Shown here: piece by piece, positions 34,252 through 44,301 of the stretch
Layout of the letters: every line of letters starts with the position of its first letter
Numbering within the stretch: position 1 is the stretch's first letter
Assembly (NCBI GenBank): GCA_965277805.1
Contig: OZ255842.1
Span: forward strand, 1,056,001 to 1,120,000
Length of the DNA stretch: 64,000 nucleotides
From: Candidatus Lustribacter sp.
GTDB taxonomy: Bacteria; Vulcanimicrobiota; Vulcanimicrobiia; Vulcanimicrobiales; Vulcanimicrobiaceae
Reading direction: 5' to 3'
Position numbers and translations under genes: made by a program
The notes under the pieces: model-generated
The model's input: the letters and a program-made list of their open reading frames with translations, nothing else
What the model was told of the DNA's origin: nothing
Database searches by the model: none

Positions 34252-36030
34252 CTACCCTGCACAGGGAAAGGAATTTCCGAATTCTCTTGCCTTAGAGGTC
34301 AGGGCAGCTCCTTGCTGATTATATGAAGTCTCGGTTTCTGCCAAATTATTCAGCTGAGCTTTCACCGAATTGATTTGCGCTGCGGCGCGGTTTTCCAAAG
34401 AGAGGGAGCTATCTGCGCCTCTGGATCCGGCGTACTGCTGGTCGTAACGTGACGCCAATGTTGCATAGGCTGCTAGATCCCGTTCAATTGACAAAATGTC
34501 AGGCTTGACCGCTTGCGCGAGGTAACTAACTTGGCTATTTACATATTTGATTTCGCTTAACTCGTATGCGACTTCCGTGGCAATATACTGAACCTGTGAT
34601 TTTTGAAAACAAGTCATGGGAGAAACAGCGGCTGCCTGCTGCTCCTTCTCCCAGTATTGAAGCATCTTGGATGCTGCGGACTCGTAATTGGAACTAACCT
34701 TTGCTGGACCTGAAGCAGAATTCATTGTGTTCTTCAAACTATCAAGCTCTTGGTCTATCGAGCGGGATGTGTTTGCCAGCTCAGCGGTCGCTTCGCCGTC
34801 GGCGACATGTGGGATCTGTGGCCTTGGGTCAACAGGTTGTGGGCGCTGTGGTTCGCGTTGCGCTTCAGGAGTAACCTCGCGGTCCTGTGGTTGCAGTTTT
34901 TTCGTTGCCGCGTCTGCTAAAGTTTGGCTTGCTGGTTCGACGACAAAATGGCCATCGTCGAGATACCACTGACCGTCCGATCCTCGAATTCCTCTCCAGC
35001 TCCCGATAAAGCGGCGAACGATCCGACCGGTTGGGACGCGATCTGTGGCCAGCAGTGAGACATTTACTGCGGCGTCCCCTGTAGACCTGAGCTGGACGTC
35101 CACACTCTCGGTCGTATCGTAGCCCGCTTTCCAGGCCGTATATGTACTACCGTGACGAAACGAAGGCGATAACATCGCATATGCCCTTTTGAAATCACGC
35201 GCGTTGAGCTTCGAGTAAAAGTCCAAAACGCGGTCGTCGAACCGAGGCGCGGCATTGGTATTGGCCCGTGAGATAGGCCCGGAGTCGTTCGGACGCTCGT
35301 AAACACTTTGTGTTACGGCGCGCTCTAAGTCAGGTAATGTTGCAACCGGCGCGTCATTGGTAGCAAATACTAGGAGCGCAAAAACAACTAACCCACCCTG
35401 AATTATACGAGCACGCCCCCGCGGAACCCAATCGCCCAATGCCAGTCCGCTCGCCTGCGGTTTCTCGAGGCTTCGAAGCATGTCCGAATAGCCTCGACCG
35501 TCAACCAAATGTACAGCGGTCTTTGCTGCTAGAGCTAAGGCCGACGGCGTGAAAGTCCCCGTGGTTACGACGACTGCATGTGAGCAGTTGTAAAATCCCT
35601 TACCAGCAAGAGCCTGCTGGACGGCGTCGTTGCCAACGACACCGATGTAGCGTTTGCATTGAATCCCTAATCGCTGCACACTGGACGTGGCGATCACATC
35701 TACGCCTTGATCACCAGTTTTCGGCGTCAGGATCACGTTATAGCCTTGTCGCTCATACGTGTGTGCAACATGTCGCTCGAAGTCGTGCGGAGAAATTGTT
35801 GTCAATGTCGCAATGTCTGCAGTACGCCGGAAATGGTTGGATTGCCGCTGCGCTTCGCGGCGGCCATAAAAAATAGCCAAAGCAAGAAAACTGAGGCCAA
35901 TCACTGGGGCGAATGTCTTCACTACTACCAGAATCGCGAAACAGCTGCCGGCGATGAGCAGCAATAGTCGAATCGCCGCCCGAGAGCGTTTTTGTGAACC
36001 AAATCGGCGATCGCGAAGGGGTCGAAACAT
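34252..36030 (-). CDS. Membrane-anchored Mrr_cat restriction endonuclease-domain protein with long C-terminal extension
   Basis: FERHVA..GY, GDQGVDVIA, IQCKRY, VQQA, VVTTGTFT.SA..LA, LVDG; hydrophobic segments on both sides. Confidence 0.8.
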   Translation of the reverse strand: MFRPLRDRRFGSQKRSRAAIRLLLLIAGSCFAILVVVKTFAPVIGLSFLALAIFYGRREAQRQSNHFRRTADIATLTTISPHDFERHVAHTYERQGYNVILTPKTGDQGVDVIATSSVQRLGIQCKRYIGVVGNDAVQQALAGKGFYNCSHAVVVTTGTFTPSALALAAKTAVHLVDGRGYSDMLRSLEKPQASGLALGDWVPRGRARIIQGGLVVFALLVFATNDAPVATLPDLERAVTQSVYERPNDSGPISRANTNAAPRFDDRVLDFYSKLNARDFKRAYAMLSPSFRHGSTYTAWKAGYDTTESVDVQLRSTGDAAVNVSLLATDRVPTGRIVRRFIGSWRGIRGSDGQWYLDDGHFVVEPASQTLADAATKKLQPQDREVTPEAQREPQRPQPVDPRPQIPHVADGEATAELANTSRSIDQELDSLKNTMNSASGPAKVSSNYESAASKMLQYWEKEQQAAAVSPMTCFQKSQVQYIATEVAYELSEIKYVNSQVSYLAQAVKPDILSIERDLAAYATLASRYDQQYAGSRGADSSLSLENRAAAQINSVKAQLNNLAETETSYNQQGAALTSKAREFGNSFPCAG

Positions 36031-36168
36031 GGCCAAGCCTCTCTTAGGGGTCTGGGATGGTTCCGCGCCGAGCGAACGCTTGCTTCTATTCCGAGCCGAG
36101 GTATCTTCGACGACAACGTGATCCTCGTTTAAGGGACAATAACAGGGGCCGGGGGCTAGCTTGAACTA

Positions 36169-37962
36169 GTGTGTTACATGATCGGAACCGCGGGTGGGGT
36201 GACAGAAACGATAGGGGATGCCGAATCCAAAGACGTTCGTCTTTTTTTTGCGCCGGCATCCGGAACTGCGGCTCAAGAGCATGTGCGACTTTCCCTCAGT
36301 CGGCCAATTGCGGGTACGATAGCGTCCCGATTCTCCGATGCCCTAGTGGCCGCATCGAACGATGGTCTCTACTATGCCTGGGGTGCACGTCCAGGCGCTC
36401 GCAACGATAATACGTGGCTGCGAATGCGTCCTGGAGACTACGTGGTCTTTTATGTTGCAGGCCTATACGCATATATCGCACGAGTGAAGCTGACTATTCG
36501 AGACGCGGAGATTGCCAAGCAAATTTGGGGCGTTGATGACGGTGGAGGCAGCTGGGAACTAGTGTACTTTCTCGAGCCTCCGCAGAGAATAGATATTCCA
36601 CTTGAGTCCCTCGCGGACGCGCTGCAGGCGTCACCGTATCAAGGCTTTGTAGAGCTTCCCGAAGCACGGTCCTTAAAGATTTCGTCGGAATATGGTTCTA
36701 TTGACGACTTCATTGCCGCGCGATTTCTTAGCAATAGAGATACACTCACCAATTTCGTACTGCTTCGCAGCAATTCGGATTCACCATGGCAAGATGACGC
36801 GGGAATCTATCACTATGGTCGGACGGTGCCGAATTACAAAAAATTACGAATAGGGACGGGAGCGGTATTCGAGCGAAAAATGCCCTCAGGCACGCATCTT
36901 TTCGGGCATGGGCGCCTCGATCAAATTGCGGAACGTGAAGACGGCACTTTCGATGCGAAGTTTAGTTTTCAAGCCCTTCCCGAACGGTCGCTAACAGACC
37001 AAGAGCTCTCTTTGCTGAGAGCACAACCCGGTTATAACGTTCAACATGCGATTCGGACAATCACCTCCGAGCTCTTCGATAGTCTTACCGGAAGCAAGAC
37101 GGGCGGGATATCGGCGATTATCGAAGACGATCCGCCGGAAGCTATCGCAGAGAAGCTCTCATGGTCTGTTGAACGCGCGCGAAGGCTACTTGATCTCGCT
37201 CGAAGATCTAACGCGCTAATCTTTTCCGGGCCTCCCGGCACAGGGAAAACCTTCGTTGCTCGTACTCTTGCCGAGGCTTTAACCTCCGACCCATCCCAGC
37301 GTCGCCTAGTTCAGTTCCATCCCGCCTACCAATATGAGGACTTTATCGAGGGCATTCGGCCACGCCTCGATGGGACGGGTTTGGCATATGAAATGCACCG
37401 AGGCGTACTATTAAATATGGCCACGCGCGCTGACGCAGAGCCGAAGGTTCGGTTCGTGATCGTAATCGATGAGCTAAATCGCGGAAATGTGCCGCGCATA
37501 TTCGGTGAGTTAATCTACGCAATAGAATATCGCGGCAAGGAAAATGCGATTATTCTGTCCTCGGGCGAAGAGTTTTACCTTCCGCCGAATCTACTTATTA
37601 TTGCTACTTTGAATACGGCCGACCAAAGTATTGTTGGCCTCGATGCAGCGCTTAGGCGCCGCTTTAATGAGCAAAGCTTCGGTCCCGATTATGAAGCGCT
37701 GACCCTATATCTTACCAAGGCGTATACAGAGGATCTGGCCAGCCAAATAGTGGAACGCCTCCGCGCATTAAATGAGGAAGTGATCTCGATAACAGGTGAG
37801 CCAGGCAAAGCTATCGGCCATTCATACTTCATGCGCAGGACGCTTGACGAGAATTCACTGCCATTGATTTGGTCCGAACAACTGAGGCCATTGCTCACCG
37901 ACTATCTATATGAGCGCCCAGATGAGGTCGCACGTTTAGAGAAAATTTTTATCGAGCAGTGA
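36169..37962 (+). CDS. mcrB: McrB-family AAA+ GTPase with novel N-terminal domains
   Basis: GPPGTGKT, VQFHPAYQYEDFIEG, IDELNRGN..IFGEL, NTAD signature, ALRRRF, IGHSYF; start uncertain. Confidence 0.9.
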   Translation: MCYMIGTAGGVTETIGDAESKDVRLFFAPASGTAAQEHVRLSLSRPIAGTIASRFSDALVAASNDGLYYAWGARPGARNDNTWLRMRPGDYVVFYVAGLYAYIARVKLTIRDAEIAKQIWGVDDGGGSWELVYFLEPPQRIDIPLESLADALQASPYQGFVELPEARSLKISSEYGSIDDFIAARFLSNRDTLTNFVLLRSNSDSPWQDDAGIYHYGRTVPNYKKLRIGTGAVFERKMPSGTHLFGHGRLDQIAEREDGTFDAKFSFQALPERSLTDQELSLLRAQPGYNVQHAIRTITSELFDSLTGSKTGGISAIIEDDPPEAIAEKLSWSVERARRLLDLARRSNALIFSGPPGTGKTFVARTLAEALTSDPSQRRLVQFHPAYQYEDFIEGIRPRLDGTGLAYEMHRGVLLNMATRADAEPKVRFVIVIDELNRGNVPRIFGELIYAIEYRGKENAIILSSGEEFYLPPNLLIIATLNTADQSIVGLDAALRRRFNEQSFGPDYEALTLYLTKAYTEDLASQIVERLRALNEEVISITGEPGKAIGHSYFMRRTLDENSLPLIWSEQLRPLLTDYLYERPDEVARLEKIFIEQ

Positions 37963-39182
37963 CGACGATAACATTCGAAGAGTGGGCACGTGCAAGAGTC
38001 TTAGCGCTAGACTCTAAGGAGGCGTCTACTTTAGCAAGGCACAGCGATGCTATACGCTGCGAGGGCGTAGGGCTCAACAGATTTCGGGTCGGCCCAATGC
38101 CCGGTTTCGTCGGGTCCATCGCACTATCAAGAGACACCTTGCTTCTGGTTAAGCCGAGGCTCGCGATTGACTCTTTTGCGGCTCTCCTAAGCTTAGCTTA
38201 CGATGAAGCCCCGATACCGGTTCGACCGGGAAACACTTCTCTTGCGAGTGGCGATCTTAGTAGCTGGTGTATCTCACAAATTGTGGCCGAAGGTCAACGG
38301 CTCTTCCGCCATCACCTGCGACCGGGATACGTCGCTCTGGATGAAAAGCGAACATCGCCCCGTGGACGACTCGTTTTCAACGGAGATAGCCCCGACTTCG
38401 CTGGTAGGATCCGTTGCGTGGCCGATGAATTTAATTATGACACGGCGCTGAATAGATTCATTAAGGCTGGCCTCGTTCACGTGCGGGACCTGGCAATCGC
38501 CATGCCATGGAGAGCCCCTCTTTCTAAGTTGGTTAAGGCTCTGGACGAAGTTCAGTCCGTTCCGGCCTCGACGATGCCTCGGCGACACTTAGGTGGTGCC
38601 TTGCTACAGCAGTATCGGTCACTAGCCACGCTTCTAAATCTCGCGATCGAGAATGAGGGTTCGGAGTTTGCTGCCGGCGACGTAGGCGTATCGGCGTTTT
38701 TTTTCCGTTTACACGATCTTTTCGAACGTGCCGTATACGCAGCGTTTCGGCGACTCGGCACACATATTTCCGTGAAGGCTCAACCCCAAGACCGTTACAG
38801 CGCCGTTCATATTCGAGGTACCCCGAACCTCGGCATAACCTTCCGACCGGATCTTGCAATTGGTCGACCGACTATCGCGGTAAAGGGAGGTGGCGGTAAA
38901 TGGATCTTAGTTGTTGATGCCAAGTACAGGCCGCCTGTTCAGAAAGCCCGCTTCCGCACATCGTTCAGAAACGACAATATTTATCAAATAATGGCATACT
39001 GCCGTGCCTTTGACGCACCAGGGCTGTTGCTCTACCCACAAGTCGACGATTCGATTGACGTCTCGTACCGCGTAAGCGATGCGCGATTCAATATTCGAAC
39101 GGTTGATCTTCGCAGTTCTAACCTTAGTGAAGAATTTAAGCGCCAAGCTGAGTCAGCTCTGGAATTTGCGCTCGAGCAGTGA
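37959..39182 (+). CDS. mcrC: McrC-family PD-(D/E)XK nuclease
   Basis: GTGA overlap with mcrB; DEFNYDTALNRFIK, LFE, RPDL, DAKY, IYQIMAY, LLYP. Confidence 0.85.
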   Translation: MTTITFEEWARARVLALDSKEASTLARHSDAIRCEGVGLNRFRVGPMPGFVGSIALSRDTLLLVKPRLAIDSFAALLSLAYDEAPIPVRPGNTSLASGDLSSWCISQIVAEGQRLFRHHLRPGYVALDEKRTSPRGRLVFNGDSPDFAGRIRCVADEFNYDTALNRFIKAGLVHVRDLAIAMPWRAPLSKLVKALDEVQSVPASTMPRRHLGGALLQQYRSLATLLNLAIENEGSEFAAGDVGVSAFFFRLHDLFERAVYAAFRRLGTHISVKAQPQDRYSAVHIRGTPNLGITFRPDLAIGRPTIAVKGGGGKWILVVDAKYRPPVQKARFRTSFRNDNIYQIMAYCRAFDAPGLLLYPQVDDSIDVSYRVSDARFNIRTVDLRSSNLSEEFKRQAESALEFALEQ

Positions 39183-39316
39183 GGTCTTTTGCTGGAGGTG
39201 TGGCCAGGAGCGCTTTCTGGGCGCGGCGGATCGATTGTCATAAAGCCTCTGTCGATTATGTAAACGTCTGATGATTCGCTAAACGGAAGTATTTTCGGCA
39301 GAGCGAAGAGTGTGCG

Positions 39317-40246
39317 ATGAATCGCGCCCATTTCGTAGCGGGCCTCGCCGGGAGCGCTGCGCTAGCCGTCGCGTGGCCGCTTCGTGCCCAAACCACGATG
39401 ACCGTAACCGTCGGCACACTGCCCTCAAGCGCCGAGATCTGGTATGGCATCGACAATGGCTTCTTCGTGCGACATGGCCTCGACGTGCAGTACCAGATGC
39501 AGAACAGCGGGGCCGCGGGTGCGGCCGCGATGCTCGGCGGCTCGATCGACATCAGCGAATCCGATACGGTGACCATCATCAAGGCTCACGATCACGGCAT
39601 CCCATTCGTGTCCCTCGCCCCAGGGCTGGTCGATTCAGTGAAAGCGCCGACGGTCGCGATCGTGGTGAAAGATCCGACCCTGCGCACGGGTAAGGACTTC
39701 AACGGCAAAACGTTCTCCACCAACTCGCTGCAGAATCTTGGCACGCTTCTCGCCGACGCGTGGATCGACAACAACGGCGGCACATCGAGCACGGTGAAGT
39801 GGGTCGAGCTGCCGTTCCCCGCGCTCTCGCCCGCCTTGCAGCGCGGCACCATCGACGCCTATATCGCGCCGGAACCGTTCGTCACGACCGGCCTGCGAGA
39901 CGGCGGTCACGCGGTCGTGATGGACAGCAAGCCGCTGGCGCCGGCCGTTCTGCAGGGCGCGCTGATCGCCACGCGCGACTGGGTGGCTAGCCATCGCGAT
40001 GCGGCGCGCGCTTTCCGTGCCGGCGTCCTCGACGCAAACGATTGGGCCAACAAAAACCCCGCCGCGGCCGCCGCGATTCTCGCGAAATATAGCAAGATGC
40101 CGGTCGCCGCGATCATGGGGGCCACGTTCCGCGGCGAGTTCGCCCTGCGTCTCGACCCCGCGATGATTCAGCCGCTCATCGACGGTTCGCTCAAGTACGG
40201 GCTCATTTCCAAGTCGTTCCGCGCCCAAGAGATCATCGCCGACTGA
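39317..40246 (+). CDS. ABC substrate-binding protein, NMT1/SsuA-like
   Basis: MNRAHFVAG signal; GFFVRHGLD, GGSIDI, DFNGKT, ALQRGTIDA, EP. Confidence 0.85.
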   Translation: MNRAHFVAGLAGSAALAVAWPLRAQTTMTVTVGTLPSSAEIWYGIDNGFFVRHGLDVQYQMQNSGAAGAAAMLGGSIDISESDTVTIIKAHDHGIPFVSLAPGLVDSVKAPTVAIVVKDPTLRTGKDFNGKTFSTNSLQNLGTLLADAWIDNNGGTSSTVKWVELPFPALSPALQRGTIDAYIAPEPFVTTGLRDGGHAVVMDSKPLAPAVLQGALIATRDWVASHRDAARAFRAGVLDANDWANKNPAAAAAILAKYSKMPVAAIMGATFRGEFALRLDPAMIQPLIDGSLKYGLISKSFRAQEIIAD

Positions 40247-40995
40247 GCCGCATCGAAGGCGCGCCACTCGCCGAGATTCGGGAGGCGTCCGCACCGCCGG
40301 CAATCGCGGAACTCTACGCCGACATTCGGACCGTCTTGGGCGTGCCGATGGTCAACCTGATCTACCGGCACATCGCGACAATCCCCAATGGGCTCGACTG
40401 GGCATGGGGCGCTCTGCGCTCGCACATCGTCTCGGGGGAGCTCGAACCACTGGTCGACGCACTGCTGCGTGATACAGCGGTCGTACCGTGGCCGGGAACT
40501 TCCCCAGTCGCGCGTTTGACAGCGGCGAGAGGTGCCGAAATCGCCAAGGTGGTCGACTGGTATAATCGCAGTAATGCGATCAACCTGATAACCCTACTCG
40601 CACTGAAGAACGCGGCTGTCGCGGTCAGCCAAGACGATGTGCCGCTCGTGCCGGCGGGAACCGCGCTCACGGAGACGCTGCCGGCACCGCTGCCACTCGC
40701 GAGCATCGATGCTGCGTTGCGGGAACGCATTCAGGAAACGGCGCAGCGCCAAGGTCTCTTCGGGACGGGCATCACGCCAACGATGTATCTGCACCTCGCG
40801 CACTGGCCGGATGTATTAGCGGAGGTGCTTGATTACGTCGATAGCGCAATCGCCGCCGGTTGCCTCGAGGGGAGCGTGAGGCAGCTATTGGGAGCCGTCT
40901 CCGCGCCGGCGAGCGCACTGGCATCCACGCTCACCTCTCGGGCACCGGCGCCGGGGGAGGCTGATCGCCTTCGCATCAACGCCGCCCTCGAGTAG
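40243..40995 (+). CDS. Hypothetical protein (DehI/carboxymuconolactone decarboxylase-like repeat); probable CTG start, possible premature stop
   Basis: Two similar halves (VPMVNLIYRHIAT.P / ITPTMYLHLAHWP); frame open from CTG overlapping the upstream TGA. Confidence 0.55.
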   Translation: MSRIEGAPLAEIREASAPPAIAELYADIRTVLGVPMVNLIYRHIATIPNGLDWAWGALRSHIVSGELEPLVDALLRDTAVVPWPGTSPVARLTAARGAEIAKVVDWYNRSNAINLITLLALKNAAVAVSQDDVPLVPAGTALTETLPAPLPLASIDAALRERIQETAQRQGLFGTGITPTMYLHLAHWPDVLAEVLDYVDSAIAAGCLEGSVRQLLGAVSAPASALASTLTSRAPAPGEADRLRINAALE

Positions 40996-41050
40996 TTCAC
41001 GACGGTGACTATTCCGCAAATGCTTGCCGTCGGGGTGCATGTGCGGAGTT

Positions 41051-41082
41051 GTGGCGGTCCGTCGACAAGCTCGGAATGACAC
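41051..41082 (-). repeat. REP-like palindromic repeat (reverse orientation)
   Basis: Reverse complement GTGTCATTCCGAGCTTGTCGACGGACCGCCAC. Confidence 0.7.
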
Positions 41083-41102
41083 GTGCCCCGTCCGTTGCTG
41101 GA

Positions 41103-42002
41103 TTACGATGTTGGCCGCGCTGCGGCGGTTTGGGGGTAGCGGGATTTGAAGTCGTTGGCTATTTCCTCGAAGGTGGCGAAATGGACGCCGGGTTGTTGGT
41201 ACATGTGGGCGTAGAGGCGTTCGTGCATGGCTAGGACGTTGGGGCGTCCCGAGACGTCGGGGTGGATCGTGAAGGTGACGACGGCGTAGTCGTATTCGCG
41301 GTAGACCCAATCGAATTGGTCGCGCCACATGATTTCGATGTCGCGCGGGTTGACGAAGCCGTGGCTGTTTGGGGCGGCTTTGATGAACATCATCGGCGGG
41401 AGGTCATCGAGATACCACGAGGGTGGGATCTCGACGATGCTCGTTTCCTCGCCGAGTTTCATCGGGTTCATCCACGTGTCGGCCGGCGCGGTGTAGTCGA
41501 TCTTCGTCCAGCTCTCACCCGCCCGCGCATAGAAGGGATGGAAGTCGTTGTGCATGAGGCTGTGGTCGTAGAGGAGTCCTTTGCGCGTCAGCAGATCGAG
41601 CGTCTTCGAGCTGAACTCCCACCATGGCGCGACGTAGCCGCGCGGCGCCTTTCCGGAGAGGGATGTGACCAAGGCGATGCTCTTGTCGAGCACGGCTTCC
41701 TCTTGTTCGGCCGTCATCACCATCGGGTTCTCGTGCGAGTAGCCGTGCAGTCCGATCTCGTGGCCGCCGTCGACGACGGCTTGCATCTGCTGCGGAAACG
41801 TTTCGATCGAGTGTCCCGGGATAAACCAGCTCGTGCGAATGCCCCAGCGTGCGAAGAGGCGCAGCAGCCGCGGCGTGCCCACTTCCCCGGCGAACACACC
41901 ACGCGACATATCGCAGGGACTATCTTGGCCTCCGTACGTGCCGAGCCAGCCGGCGCAGGCGTCCACGTCGACCCCGTAAGCAACAAAAATTTCTTTGGCC
42001 AT
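41103..42002 (-). CDS. Polysaccharide deacetylase family (PuuE/HP0310-like amidohydrolase)
   Basis: [43 protein letters not shown]. Confidence 0.9.
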   Translation of the reverse strand: MAKEIFVAYGVDVDACAGWLGTYGGQDSPCDMSRGVFAGEVGTPRLLRLFARWGIRTSWFIPGHSIETFPQQMQAVVDGGHEIGLHGYSHENPMVMTAEQEEAVLDKSIALVTSLSGKAPRGYVAPWWEFSSKTLDLLTRKGLLYDHSLMHNDFHPFYARAGESWTKIDYTAPADTWMNPMKLGEETSIVEIPPSWYLDDLPPMMFIKAAPNSHGFVNPRDIEIMWRDQFDWVYREYDYAVVTFTIHPDVSGRPNVLAMHERLYAHMYQQPGVHFATFEEIANDFKSRYPQTAAARPTS

Positions 42003-42009
42003 CGGATTC

Positions 42010-42798
42010 CTACCTCACATTCATGACGCGGCCGGACAGCAGCCGGCCCAAGCCGTCGATCTGCACCTCGCAGCCGCAGAGGCGGCTAACTTCCACGAAG
42101 GTCGCGACGATCGAATCCACGACCGGTATGCCGAACTCGTCCTCGAACGCGGCGGTGAACGGGATCGCCGAGAGGTTCGTGCAGATCACCGCGATGCAGT
42201 CGGGCTTGGCTGCCGCGACGGCCATCACTTGATTGCGAATCACCGACGCGGGTGCGTGCCCCATGTCGATGTTCGATTCGAGACCGAGGTTATTGCTCGA
42301 CACCACTGTCAAGCCGCGCCGCCCGTACTCCACGGCGATGGCCGCCATGACGTCGTCCGTGTACGGGCACACGACGCCGATCTTCGTCCAGCCGTTGCGG
42401 CGATAAATCTCGTACATCGCGAGCGTCGTCGTGGTCGCGCGAACCGTGGTCTCCGCTTCGATTGCGTTCACGATTGTGCGATCGTGGTCGAGACCGAGCC
42501 AGCCGCCCGACGTGCCGTTCCACGCGATCACGTCGAGCGGCGCTTCGGCCAGCAGCCGCGCCGCCGCGAGCATGCGGTCCGCTTCGAACTGACCTTCGGC
42601 TTCGCCGTCGAGCGCCAGACGCCGTACGGAGATGCGCGAGAAGTGCTGCGAGACGCGATGGCCTGCGAGCAGGCCGAGTGCGGTCGTGAGCGGCTCGACG
42701 GTCGTGTTCGTCGAGGGGGTGATGTGCCCAACCTTGCGGATCGCGTGCGCATCCGCAGCCGGGGCGCAAAGGTCGATTAGGGCGGCGATGTCGGTCAT
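42010..42798 (-). CDS. Maleate cis-trans isomerase / Asp-Glu racemase family protein
   Basis: [34 protein letters not shown]. Confidence 0.85.
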   Translation of the reverse strand: MTDIAALIDLCAPAADAHAIRKVGHITPSTNTTVEPLTTALGLLAGHRVSQHFSRISVRRLALDGEAEGQFEADRMLAAARLLAEAPLDVIAWNGTSGGWLGLDHDRTIVNAIEAETTVRATTTTLAMYEIYRRNGWTKIGVVCPYTDDVMAAIAVEYGRRGLTVVSSNNLGLESNIDMGHAPASVIRNQVMAVAAAKPDCIAVICTNLSAIPFTAAFEDEFGIPVVDSIVATFVEVSRLCGCEVQIDGLGRLLSGRVMNVR

Positions 42799-44300
42799 CG
42801 GATGTAGCGCTCCAAGGGAAGAGGGTCGTTGGCGTGCTCGGCGACGTAGCGCGCGACGAACGGCTCGAGGGTGCCGGCCAACTCGCGTGCGGGCGCTGCG
42901 GCCGCGCCGAGGCGATTGCGGCTAGCTGCGATGCGAGCGCGCAGCTCCGGCGTCCAGGCGGGAACACGGCCGTCGCGTTTCACGAAGCGGCCGCCGATCA
43001 TCACGTCGCGCATGGCGCTGGCGGCATCGCAATTGACGATTTGGTTGAGTGGATCGTTCAATGGCACAAATGCGGGGTGCGCGAGGTCGAGGAAGATCAG
43101 GTCGGCGTCGTAGCCCGCGGCCGGACGACCGATGCGGCTGCGCAGGCCGAGCGCCGCGGCTCCGCCGAGCGTTGCGGCGCGTAAGACGTCGAGGCTCGAG
43201 AGCCACGAGTCGCTGCTGCCCGCCTGCGCGCGTGAGGTGAACGAGGCGAGGCGCATTGCGAGGAAGATGTCGAGCGCGTCCGATGAGTTCGCGCCGTCGG
43301 TTGCGAGGGCGACGTCGATGCCGCGCTCGAGCATCGGCCGCACGCGCGCGAGGCCCGAGCCCAAGCGAAAATTGCTTGCCGGTACGTGCGCGACCGTGGT
43401 CCCGCTCTCCGCGAGCAGATCGAGGTCGCCGTCATCGAGCCACACGGCGTGTGCAACCGTGACGTTTGAGCCAAGCAGCCCGCAAGCGGCAACGTATGCG
43501 GTCAGCGACGACCCGTAGCGGCTTGCGCCGGTCGTCGCTTGCAGCCGTGACTCGGCGAGATGCGTGTGCAACGGCAGATCGTACTCTGCCGCGAGATCGC
43601 GACACGCCGCGAGGAAGCGCTCGGAGCAGTGGAGCGGTATCGTCGGCGCAATGCCGAGCCGCACGCCCGGCGGAAGCCGCGTTCCCGCGATCAGCTCGCG
43701 CAGCGTCGCGATCGTTTCATCCATCGGCACCAGCGCGAAGCTGCGCACGCGCTCGCCGAGTGCCGGCGGGAGCGGATCGACGATATCGGGATAGGCCTCG
43801 AAGAGCGAACGGTCCGCGATCATCGGCGCGACGATGGCACGCATGCCGGCATCCGCGTAGGCCGTTGAGACGGCCTCGAGCCCGGCGACGCTGGTCCGCG
43901 GGAACTCGTAGACGAGGTCGTAGCAGCTCGTGATCCCGTTCCCGATCATTTCGATCGCGCCGAGCAACGTGGAGAGATACATCGTCTCGGGATCGCGCGG
44001 GCCGCTGAGCCACGGTCCGTGCGTGAGCGAAAGCTCGAGCGGCCAGCGGTCGGCGACGCCTTTCATGAAGTTGGCATGACCGTGCGTGTGCGCGTTGATC
44101 AGGCCCGGCAGAACGAGCGTCTCCGATGCATCGAAGGCCGGCAGGCCGTTGCCGGCGGTCTGCGCACCGGTGCCGGGGTCGCACACCGCGACGATCGCGC
44201 CGTCGCGCACGATGAGCTCGCGCCGTTTGGCCTCACCGTCGATCGGATCCACGACGAGGCCGCCGTGGACGAACCACGAGCGATCGGTTGCGTTCACCAT
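42795..44300 (-). CDS. Amidohydrolase (chlorohydrolase/deaminase-like)
   Basis: PGLINAHTH, HTHLAES, AHAVWL, LATDG, ATLGGA, ADL. Confidence 0.9.
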   Translation of the reverse strand: MVNATDRSWFVHGGLVVDPIDGEAKRRELIVRDGAIVAVCDPGTGAQTAGNGLPAFDASETLVLPGLINAHTHGHANFMKGVADRWPLELSLTHGPWLSGPRDPETMYLSTLLGAIEMIGNGITSCYDLVYEFPRTSVAGLEAVSTAYADAGMRAIVAPMIADRSLFEAYPDIVDPLPPALGERVRSFALVPMDETIATLRELIAGTRLPPGVRLGIAPTIPLHCSERFLAACRDLAAEYDLPLHTHLAESRLQATTGASRYGSSLTAYVAACGLLGSNVTVAHAVWLDDGDLDLLAESGTTVAHVPASNFRLGSGLARVRPMLERGIDVALATDGANSSDALDIFLAMRLASFTSRAQAGSSDSWLSSLDVLRAATLGGAAALGLRSRIGRPAAGYDADLIFLDLAHPAFVPLNDPLNQIVNCDAASAMRDVMIGGRFVKRDGRVPAWTPELRARIAASRNRLGAAAAPARELAGTLEPFVARYVAEHANDPLPLERYIR

Positions 44301-44301
44301 G

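Noticed and set aside
33240-39250. Terminal repeats or att sites bounding the defence island
   Set aside because: Only a short imperfect GC-rich inverted match (about 33256 and 39215), compatible with chance
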